DNA from: Octopus sinensis
Lineage: Eukaryota
Reading direction: 5' to 3'
DNA length: 64,000 nucleotides
NCBI RefSeq assembly: GCF_006345805.1
Contig: NC_043004.1
Location: forward strand, 65,906,001 to 65,970,000
Shown: positions 53,510-64,000 of the stretch, piece after piece
Layout: each line of letters starts with the position of its first letter
How positions within the stretch are numbered: position 1 is the first letter of the stretch
The notes under the pieces: generated by a model
What the model saw: the letters and a program-made list of their open reading frames with translations, nothing else
Databases searched by the model: none
What the model was told of the DNA's origin: nothing
Translations under genes and position numbers: made by a program

Positions 53510-53839
53510 ATGAAGATTATGATGATGATGATGATGCTGCTGCTGCTGCTGATGATGATGATGTTGATGATAATGACGATGACGATGGCGATGATGATGA
53601 TAATGTTCATGATGACGATGATGATGATAATGATGTTGACGATGATGATATGGCGATGATGATGATGATGGTGATGATGAAGAAGAGGATGGCTACGAAA
53701 ATCCTGATGATGATGATGACGATGATGATAATGATGGTGTAAAATAACAATAATGAAGGGGCGGAGGGGGCACACGGTATTCTTAGTAAGGGCAGTGGTG
53801 TTCACGTATGATCGTAGTGATATTGGCGACGACGACGAC

Positions 53840-53878
<39 letters not shown>

Positions 53879-54024
53879 CAATAGGATGATCATGAAGATT
53901 ATGATGACGAACATGTTCATGACGACAATGATGCTGTTGTTGAAGATGATGACGACAATGACGAATACCATGAGGACGACGACGACGACGACGATGATGA
54001 TGATGGTGATGATGATGGTGGTGG

Positions 54025-54055
<31 letters not shown>

Positions 54056-54170
54056 GATGATGATGGCGATGACATTAATGGTGATGACGAACTTATTCCT
54101 AGAGGTTGTTCGTTATTTGGTCGAGGAGTTGTTGTTGCTGCTGTTGTTGTTGTTGGTGGTGGTGGTGGTG
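53510..54170. repeat. Degenerate (GAT)n/(GAC)n trinucleotide tract
   Basis: Read directly from the sequence. Confidence 0.9.
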
Positions 54171-55136
54171 CTGTCGGTTCGGCGCTAAAGACGAACAATA
54201 TGGCTGAAATGATTAGGCTGACACCATTGTAAAGTTTTAATTGAAATCCGTCGGAGGACGTACCGTGTAGAACATGCTACAATGAATCCCAGCGTGTTTA
54301 ATGCATTTTTCCCTTCCATTTTTTCTTTTTATATTTTCGAAAAATATATTGTTGGTTTCGATATTATAATTAGAACATTGTTTTTAATTGAATCAGTGTT
54401 GTTGTTACTGTTGTTGCTCTTGCTGATAATGACATTTTTTTTTTAGTATTATTAGTTATAGTTTCTGGTTGCTAATCGTGTTGGTGAAGTTGTGTGTTAT
54501 GCTTGTTATCGGTGTCATCCCATTCAATTAATTTTCACAGACATAAAATTAGAATATATACTCACGGATGCAAACACACCTCATCCGCATTTCCATACAG
54601 ATATATATACAAGTAAGCACATAAATTCAAAACAAGTTGGGAGGAAAAGTAGTACAGGAATACCAAAGGTAGAGTTGTATACACTTTATTAATACCGAAA
54701 AAAATCTTCACGAACAGTTACTCAGTTACACGTTGCCGTTCATCAGACACTTGTGATAATACTCCCACATTGTTTACTGGACAGTATGATTCTAAATAAT
54801 CACAATTGTCCAACTTACGGTAACGTTAAACTCCGAGTAGCCATGTCTGAAGAGTTTGTTCTGCTATGATGAACAGTATATGAGTAAATACGGATATATT
54901 TGTTCAGCTTTAGTAAGCAGTGTATATATGTTTACCCCTCTCTCTCTCTCCCTCTCCCTCTCTCTCTCTCTATCTATCTATTTATCTATCTATCTCTCTA
55001 TCTATCTATCTATCTCTTTATATAATAGACGATAGACAACTATACATCATTCTCATTCTTTCTAACACCTTGAAATCTATACCAACTTATTTACAAGCAA
55101 ACTATATTAAAAGAAAATTTTAACCGAAGAACTCTA

Positions 55137-56598
55137 GAGTTCAGCTTTACTGAGGCAGGGTCTTGCACACACACTGAATATCAGCATCATAGGAAAACTC
55201 TTACCATCTGGAAGTACAACAGCAATGCTCTTCCTAACATTCCTCCTTACTTTCTCATGCGCGATTCGAGATTTCTCAAAAGTACCTGTTCCTTCGCGTA
55301 TAATCCTTCTCCACCTGCTACGATCAATAGCTATGCCCTCCCATATGCCAGGAGAGATGCAAGCATCCCTTAAGGAAGCATTCAGCAAGTCCTTATATTT
55401 CTTTTTTAGTTTATGTAGAAGTCGTTCTCCTTTAGCTAACTCCCCATAAAAGATTTGTTTTGGCATCCTTGAATCCTTCATCCTGACCAGATGACTACTC
55501 CATCCGAGCCTTTGCTTTAATACAAGAGCTTCTATACTTTCACACCGAGAGCTTCCTAATATTTCAAGATCACTGATGTGGCCCTCCCACTAAATGCCAT
55601 AGATCTGTCTGAGACACATCTGATGGAAACGTTCCAGTTGTTTAAGGTGGAATCGATATGTGACCCACATCTCGCAGGCATAAAAAAGAGAAGAGAGCAC
55701 ACACGCCCTGTACGCCTTTATCTTTGTCTTCTTGCATATGTCTCACCGACTCCAGAGGCGCCTTTCTAGCCTTCCGAAAGCATCACTTGATTTCCTAATC
55801 CTGTATGGAATTTCATCATCCAAATTGCTATATCTATTAACAGTGCTTCTCAGGTAGACAAACTGATCAACTACATAGATATTTGGTTCACTATACTGCT
55901 TACATGAGCAGGTTGGTACATGTCAACTGTTTTCATGAGACTGACTGTCAATCTTAAGGCAGCGCAAGTATCAGAGAATGCATTCAAAATGTGTTGCATA
56001 TCAATCTTTGTGTGTGCTACTAGCTCACAATCATCAGCATACAAAATGTCTCTTATGATAGAGGTAAATACCATTGTTTTTACAGCAAAGCGCCTGATAT
56101 AAAATATACTGCCAGAGATTCGATAATGGATATAAATACCATATGTGCAGTTTATGAATACAATACAGAACACCATCGCGAAATATATGGAAAATAGGGT
56201 CGGTGCCAGAATATCCCCCTGTTTCACTTCATTTTGTATTGAAATGGGCTCCGACATCTTCCCTCTAATATTCACCTAACCCTTCATGTCTTCATGAAAA
56301 TACCTAACCAAAGCAAGGAAGTTTTCAGGACACCCACGTTTCTGGAGGACTTTCCACACTGCATTTCTATTAACAGTATCAAAGGCTTTTGTCAGATCGA
56401 CAAAAACCTGATATAAATCCAGACCCTGTTCCACACACTTCTCCTGAAGCTATCTAGCTGAAGAGATCACATCGGCAGTGCCGCGTCCCACACGAAAGCC
56501 AGATTAACTCTCTGGAAGAACACAATCTGCAACGTGTTTCAACAGACGATCCAGAAGTACCCTGCATAAGACCTTTCCTACGACAGAAAGCAATGATA
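55137..56598 (-). pseudogene. RTE-clade LINE ORF fragment (reverse transcriptase)
   Basis: LYQVFVDLTKAFDTVNR..VKQGDILAPTLFSIYF..DILYADDCEL..RMKDSRMPKQIFYGEL..DRSRWRR, with stops and frameshifts. Confidence 0.92.
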
Positions 56599-56675
56599 TT
56601 ATATATATACATACACATATATGAATACATGTATGCATGCACACACCAAGAAACCTATTTGCACATAGATAGTTG

Positions 56676-56960
56676 CAGGCGTGTCTTTTGTGGTAATGAG
56701 TGAGCCTCCCAACAACATGGGTCGAAATTCAGTCCTAGTGAGTTGAAGCTTTGGCGAGCATCTTGTGCTATAGCCGCAGACGGACCAAAAGTGTAAGAGG
56801 TCTGTGAGAGGGAACCTGAAATAAACCAACCTGTCGTATGTGTGTTTTTGTATTTGTCTCCATTACCGGTGTTTGCGTGTTTGCCTCCCCGTAACCTAGC
56901 TATTCAGGTAAGAGATTTATTAAAAATAAGTATAGGTGTCGACTAAAATTCTTAATGACT
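56676..56960 (+). mobile_element. SINE family A (diverged)
   Basis: gcaggcgtg..gtggtaa..caacaacatgg..ttcagtcc..tatagcc..ccccgtaacctagc. Confidence 0.55.
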
Positions 56961-57279
56961 GACAAGTAGGATTTAGAAGATAAAAACACGTATGCGTGTG
57001 TAAACGCGGAGGAGACGAAACGGGGACAACCGAGGAAGGGGAATATTCCTTGTGTTGTATGTCTTGTACTCTGTTCTTTCGTTGTTTGAAAAATAGTTCG
57101 TTTCCATGTTTTTGTTTTTATGTTTTCGTTTCCCATTGTGTTCAACGTTTTTTTGATGTCCTGTACCCATATATGCATGTATATAAACATACAGATGTAG
57201 GTATGTACATATATGTATGTATATATGCATATATTTATATATTATTTATATGATATATATATATATATATATATAAATC

Positions 57280-57593
57280 ATAAAAGGGTAAAGGGAATTA
57301 ATTGATTAATCAATAAATTAATTAATAATTTTACCAAGTAGATCGGTACGTCAAAATAACCATTTTAGGTGAAATTACACAAATATTCTATAATTCTAAA
57401 CATAAATATAATTAGGGGTCAGCTAATTGCTTCACCTCATACAGAATTTAGAAACAGGAGTTAAAAATCTTTTTCTAGTAACGTAAGAATTTCGCGGTCA
57501 GTAATATACTGTCTTGTAACGTAAAAAAGTGTTACTGTCTGGGAGTTTTTTACGATATTAAGAAAGGAATTTTAACTCCTATTTCTAAATTCA

Positions 57594-57597
<4 letters not shown>
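57280..57597. mobile_element. Truncated fold-back copy of the 511/560/600-bp unit superfamily
   Basis: aagggtaaa..aattaatt..caaatattctataatt..gaatttagaaacaggagttaaaa, then the inverted ttttaactcctatttctaaattc. (TA)n flanks. Confidence 0.75.
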
Positions 57598-57661
<64 letters not shown>

Positions 57662-57836
57662 ATATACACATTTATATATATGTATGTATGTATGTACGTA
57701 TGTATGTATGTAAGTATGTATGTGTGTATGTATGTACGTATGTATGTATATGTCTATATATTTACGTATATATGTATGCATGTATATATGTGTATATATG
57801 TGTGTATGTATATATAAGAGATAGATAGATAGGGAG

Positions 57837-57897
<61 letters not shown>

Positions 57898-58419
57898 GAT
57901 GTGTAAGTGTGTGTAGATATATTGAATTTAAAGTGTACATTTGGGTGAAATTTATAGTATTCTTCCTTCCAATCTTGCACAGAGCAAATATATTTAGATG
58001 CAACAGAACTTATGGCTCAGTGTTTAAAAGTTTGCTGTGATGTCATGATATATGACATGTATTGGATTACGTGGATTTAGTGCAGGCAGGTTTTCCCTTG
58101 CTAATCGTAATCGGAATCAGTAAGGCGTGAGGAATCATGCCAGGCGTATTTATCTCTAGATCAAACGCACACTAGGAATCGCAGAACATAATTTCCTTTC
58201 CAGTTAAGGTAGCTCTGCTTACTTCGGAATGGATGCAGGGTAGACCTTGAATGTTTTTCACAAAATAGAAGTTTGAAGAAAAATCTGGTACAAATAAAAA
58301 CGAACCAAAATAAAATCTGTATAAAAACCGATATATATATATATATATTATATATATATATATATATAATATAAATATATAGATGTATACTTGCACACAC
58401 ACACACACACACATCATAC

Positions 58420-58785
58420 AAAATTAGGATAAAACCACTTTAATGATTTTATCAGGTGGCGGACCTAAAATAATAACTTGTACGTAACAATTTATACTAA
58501 CTTATTATCATATAATATAATTATATTAAGGGTGCGGATAAACACCACCAACTCGCTATAAATAGACGCCAAATGGCTCTAAAAACCCGTCTATACTCCA
58601 TTAGCACAGGTTGTAAGCGGAGAGAAGAAAAAGTGAAATAGATTTTCTTGGAAAGATATGTTTAATTTTAGATCGATTTCTGGCTAAGGAATGTAAAATC
58701 CCTTGCTATCTTCAGAACAATATGGTTTTTATGTAACGCTGATCACTTGATAAAATCATAAAATTGGTTTTTATCCTTAATTTAG
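58420..58785. mobile_element. Element with ~40-bp inverted ends and a degraded hammerhead (58665-58721, minus strand)
   Basis: aattaggataaaaccactttaatgattttatca versus tgataaaatcataaaattggtttttatccttaatt. Minus strand reads CTGAAGA-tagcaaggga..ttccttagcca-GAAA-TCGA-TC. Confidence 0.55.
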
Positions 58786-59066
58786 TATAAAGTATGTATT
58801 TCTGGCTCCTGATCAAATTGCATTCGCTGCGAAGTTATTTTGATAATAAAAGCACGTGATTGAGATGCGAAAAATTAGAGTTTTGCTACTGTACACATGT
58901 AAGTGTATGTACATAGACGTGCGGATATGTTGTTCGCATGGGTATAAATATTTGCATCTATATAATTTGGCATATCTTACTGAAAGCAGGAAGATTTTTT
59001 CCGACCCTGGTGGGGGTCTATCCGTACTCTTTAATATAATTATATCATAGATATATATATATAATG

Positions 59067-59580
59067 AAACATACTCAAAGAGAAAACGACCATGTGGTTT
59101 ACTTACATGCTAAAAATGGCAGTCAAAGCCTAAAACCAAGAAAGAATATTCTTATATTAAATCACATTGATTTGTACGCGAGCAAGACATTTGAGTGAAT
59201 GAGATATAGTAGAGTAAAAGGCGGTTAGCTGCCAGAAACAGCACTCTGGGTGAACGCTTAGCTAGTTTTTTTTATCTGTCTTTACGTTATGAATTCAAAT
59301 TCTGCCGAGATAGAGTTTGCCTTTCGGGGCCGAGAAATTAAGTACTATTTCGGTACTGGGATCGATCTAAGCGACTGGCCTCCTCCCTAAATATTTTGGG
59401 TCTTCTGCCTAGAGTACAAAAGAAAATATACAGCATAGTATATTTTATTCACTCGAATGCCTTGCTCGCGTACAAATCAACGTGCTTTAATGTAATAATA
59501 TTCTTTCATGGTTTTAGGCTTTGACTGCCATTTTTAGCATGTAAGTAAAACACATGGTGGTTTTCTCTGTGTATATGTTT
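59067..59580. repeat. ~135-bp inverted repeat enclosing a SINE family B copy (59220-59420)
   Basis: ttacttacatgctaaaaatggcagtcaaagcctaaaacca..gatttgtacgcgagcaag versus its reverse complement at 59447-59580. Confidence 0.85.
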
Positions 59581-59688
59581 AATACACTATTATATTCAAA
59601 AATGTTTTTGTCTACTGACTCTTATTACGCAAGCTAACCACTGGTAAATGTTTATTTAATAATTTCTACATTTATATTTATAAACTTA

Positions 59689-60578
59689 TCTACTACATAT
59701 GTGGAAAATTGTCTGTGGGTGTGTTTGTGGAGTTGTTAGCTAACTCCTCCTACATAGTTTATCGATTTTGATGAAACTTGTCTTGTGAGTAGAATTCATG
59801 GCTGGAAACCTTATGGTGCAATCAGATTGTTGCAAAAAATTGATAATATGGCCCCTGGAAGAGATCCTTATATATATCTAATATATTTCATTTTAACAGT
59901 CAAGGTAAATAACCCATTCGCCAAGATTTTAACAGCCAAGGGATATAACCCATTCAATTTTCTCTTAATTTGGTATAAATCAAATTCATTATGCTTACTT
60001 CTTAGTATTTGAACTGTTAGATTTATTTTCGCAATTTATCCAGTACAATCCTTAAAGAAGTAAATAGTATTTCCCTAAATAATAGATCCACTTATTTCGG
60101 TTAGTGACTTATTCACGAATATACCAACACTAGCGCCGATCAGGGTAATAGTCTCTGGGAACACGCAGAAGGCCTTTTCAGAGATATTTACTTCCAATTG
60201 TTATTACCTCATATCTGATTAGGCTTTTCTTACGTAACATGCTTCACGATTTTCGTATACATAGTATTTCCGCCTAAGTTCTATATACTCTGGGAACGCA
60301 TTAAAGCCCTTTTCGGGGCTACTTTATTTGAATTCTTACTATCGGATAACTAATTTCATGTTATAACATAAATGACTTCACAATTTGGGCATTCATATCT
60401 TATTGGGAATTCCTAAAAATAAGATCCTGTATAAATCATTTCGGTATTCTCTTTAAATGCAGAAAAACCGTTTTAATGGCTACATACATTGTGTTGTTGT
60501 TATTGGATTAGCGAAAGAATTATAACGGAACCAAGGGATAAACCACGCTTTCTGTTAACTACCGGGAACGTCAGCTAG
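59689..60578 (+). mobile_element. Non-autonomous Helitron
   Basis: A|TCtact start and ..accgggaacgtcagCTAG|T end. Internal diverged ~130-bp repeats (ctctgggaac..gcctttt). Confidence 0.65.
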
Positions 60579-60581
60579 TAG

Positions 60582-60692
<111 letters not shown>

Positions 60693-60816
60693 AACTCTCT
60701 TATACACACGCACACGCACGCGTACCTTCGGTTTGGGATCACCACTAATTTATTACATTACTTTATTATCTCCCCTTCTCCCTAGCTCTACTGTGTGACC
60801 CTTCTGTCCGGCATTC

Positions 60817-61000
60817 ATAATGATAGATCGATAGCCACTACACATTCTTTATTTACTCTCGTTGTTTCCTTCTGTGTTCCTTTCTTTGGAAGAGAGTAGG
60901 CTCTAAATGTTAAAGACTTTTTCACTTCTTGAGCGTTATACTAATACATATGTTTGTTGTCTACACCACCTGTCTTCGTATTTTTTTGTGAATTCTCCCT
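60817..61000 (+). mobile_element. Solo 3' end of the 34570-36490 PLE family (diverged)
   Basis: atgatagatcg..ggaagagagtaggctctaaatgttaaagactttt..gagcgttatactaatacat followed by (TA)n. Confidence 0.7.
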
Positions 61001-62279
61001 ATATATATATATATATACGCCCTCTTTCCCTGACAGGGCATTGGTTTGGTGTAGTAGAAGCAGCTACCCAAATTGCCGCAGATGACACTGAACCCCAAAG
61101 CACATGCTTGTAAAGCGACCATCTTAATTTCAGAGCCATGCTGAAAGTATTATAAAATTTAACCTATTAAATTGAGTAAGATTGTTTGGTCGATGAAGAT
61201 ATGCTTTGTGTTAACCCCAACTACGAGGAAATGCAGAAACGATAACAATGGTAACCAATCAATAAAACCATGAACAAAAACTATGTGGAAACAAATCCAA
61301 GCCCCCAAACCGGCCACAAGAGCAGCAAAAGCATCTCACTGTGTCTCTGTCAGTGGTAAAACTTTGGTGTAAACGCATGTAGTAATGAATTGTAAATTTG
61401 CCTAGAAACGGTAACCACGTCTGAAGAGACAATATTGATATTTTTAATCGCACTTCGAATTCGAATTGAAATTAATCATAATGAGTTCTGATAATGTATT
61501 TTGAACAATGTCAAACTGCATCGCTCTTATTGACTTTACTCAGCTGTCCCTAGCTTTCTGTTTCGGGATGGGTTGTACATACTGAAAAGGCTCTCAGCGC
61601 TGCTACGCCTTATAATAATCCACAGTAAATAATCTTGCTGTTAATTCAGTTGACTAAAGTTTTTTGTCTTGCCCTTAGAAATCGGAATTAAAAACAACAA
61701 TAATGTTATCTATAAGAAAAACAATTACAAAAAACCTCTTTAGCAACAGTAGTAGAGAAAAGAAGAAAAAGGAAGCACAACAGCAGTTTGAAGGAAAGAA
61801 TTGATTATCAAACATAAAAACCAACTGTAACTCTAAGGCATGTGTTGTCTCTCTAATAGGCTGTTTCCAGGGGAGCAATACAAAGGCGTATGAGAAAATC
61901 ATAATGATCACATATGGGAGACGTTGTGGATATGAAAGTATGGACAGGAGGCCAATAAAAGATTGAATAGATGCTTGAATGAAAGGAGTTAAAAATAGAA
62001 GAACAAATAAAGATAGGTTTTAAAATGAAGGGGACAAACAGGGAGACTAGTGGAAAGAGAGACACAAGAAAAAGAAAAGGAAAGGAAGAGGGAAGAAGAA
62101 ATTAAGATGTCCATGTGAAGGACAAGCGATTGGATGTAAAGAAAAGAGAAAGAAACAAAAGGGTATTGTCGATGAGAGACAAAGAAAATAATATGTGTAA
62201 CGTGAAAGAAGGGTGCATGAGGGGAAAGAAAAAAAGCGGAAGGTGGAGATGGAGGCTGAGATTAGAAGCAAAGAGAATA

Positions 62280-62365
<86 letters not shown>

Positions 62366-62440
62366 GAAGAAGAAGAAGAAGAAGAAGAAGAATATAATAA
62401 TAATAATAAAAATCATGATGATGATGATAATAATGATGAG
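62280..62440. repeat. (TAA)n(GAA)n(GAT)n microsatellites
   Basis: Read directly from the sequence. Confidence 0.95.
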
Positions 62441-62671
62441 TAAGATGGAGCACAGGTGGGGAAATTGAATGGCAAAAACAAGAGAAATTGCAAAAGATAT
62501 GTAAAAGAGAAGCGAGAGAGGATGTAAGTAAAGAATTAATGTACAATCGTGATATTTCGTAGCCATTAAAAGTAATATAAAGAGAGAAACAGGAAAGAAG
62601 AATGAATGAGTGGGGCTCGTCAACAAAAAAATATAATCACAATTTATATACATATTCACATATATGTATAT

Positions 62672-62718
<47 letters not shown>

Positions 62719-63403
62719 GTGTGTGTACGTGCGTGTGTGTACATGCGTGTGTACAAGGATGCAAAAATTAAAGGATTGGTACGGTTAATAGGAACGCTAA
62801 AAGCAACAAGAACGAATAAGATGAGGGAAAAACGAAAAGAGTGAAAGTGATAATGGAAGAAAGAACGATAATAGAAGAAGGAAATGGGGGACAATAATTA
62901 GAAAGATGAAAGAAGGAACAATAATTACAAAAGTAGAAGAAATAAAAGCTACACACTGAGAGACACTTTGAGATTTCCTTTTCTCCCTTATTTTTTCTTT
63001 CTTTCTTTCCTACCTTCTTTCTTTCTGTCTTTCCTTTTCCTTCTATTGGGCTTCAGTTATTTTACCTGCCACAGTATTCCAATGGTTTCCGTCGTTTCTT
63101 CTTCGAGATATCTTGCTTACAATACATTCCTATCTCTTTTTCTTGACGCTGTTGTTTGTCGTATATTTTCTTAGATGTTTTCTTTTTTTGATTTTTAAAT
63201 GGTATTTTACACTAACTCTTTACTTCGTTGTAGCTTTGCGTTTGTTGCGTTAACATCCACATGCCTTCGTATTAATTACTCTTTTACCCTTTTATTTGTT
63301 TCAGTCATTTGACTGTGGCCATGCTGGAGCACAGCTTTTAGTCGAACAAGTCGACCTACTACTACTACTATATATACATACTACTACTATATATACATAC
63401 TAC

Positions 63404-63441
<38 letters not shown>

Positions 63442-63453
63442 TATATATATATA

Positions 63454-63855
63454 GGCGCAGGAGTGGCTCTGTGGTAAGTAGCTTGCTTACCAACCACATG
63501 GTTCCGGGTTCAGTCCCACTGCGTAGCATCTTGTGTAAGTATCTTCTACTATAGCCTCGGGCCGACCAATGCCTTGTGAGTGGATTTGGTAGACGGAAAC
63601 TGAAAGAAGCCTGTCGTATATATGTATATATATATATATAAGTACGTGTGTGTTTGTGTGTCTGTGTTTGTTCCCCTAGCATTGCTTGACAACCGATGCT
63701 GGTGTGCTTACGTCGCCGTCACTTAGCGGTTCAGCAAAAGAGACCGATAGAATAAGTACTGGGCTTACAAAGAATAAGTCCCGGGGTCGATTTGCTCGAC
63801 TAAAGGTGGTGCTCCCGCATGGCCGCAGTCAAATGACTGAAACAAGTAAAAGAGT
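63454..63855 (+). mobile_element. tRNA-derived SINE family A, full length
   Basis: ggcgcaggagTGGCTCTGTGGtaag..GGGTTCAGTCCC head, internal microsatellite, and tail ..gactgaaacaagtaaaagag. Inverted fragments at 63277-63360 and 63913-63985. Confidence 0.85.
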
Positions 63856-63871
63856 AAATATATATATTATA

Positions 63872-63903
<32 letters not shown>

Positions 63904-64000
63904 CATATATATACGGCGGGCTTCTTTCACTTTCTGTCTACCAAATCCACTCACAAGGATTTGGTCGGCCTAAGATACTACGCAGTGAGATTGAGCGCAG

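Noticed and set aside
53479-54198. Poly-Asp/Met/His ORFs
   Set aside because: Degenerate (GAT)n microsatellite with no splice or domain evidence.
56955-57170. Possible hammerhead remnant (CTGACAA..AAAACACGTA)
   Set aside because: Both core halves are mutated and there are no helices.

Overview
AT-rich, microsatellite-saturated eukaryotic DNA that is intergenic or intronic. The repeat families resemble those of an octopod cephalopod (inference from repeat style, not a database match). I found no convincing host protein-coding exon, and nearly all track ORFs are microsatellite artefacts. The window is a mosaic of decayed Tc1/mariner transposons, RTE-clade LINE fragments, tRNA-derived SINEs, two non-autonomous Helitrons, a short 28S rRNA fragment, and three Penelope-like element (PLE) fragments with GIY-YIG endonuclease. 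The main signal is non-coding. Several distinct 355-600 bp units each carry a type I hammerhead ribozyme with a minimal palindromic helix III. They occur as tandem, circularly permuted or fold-back insertions at (TA)n tracts: a ~5.2 kb array at 42.1-47.4 kb, a TSD-flanked 1.5-mer at 17.9-18.8 kb, and a U3:A8 core variant at 33.9-34.5 kb. This looks like a diverse retrozyme-like / non-autonomous PLE system. All folds were paired by eye; none was computed or tested.
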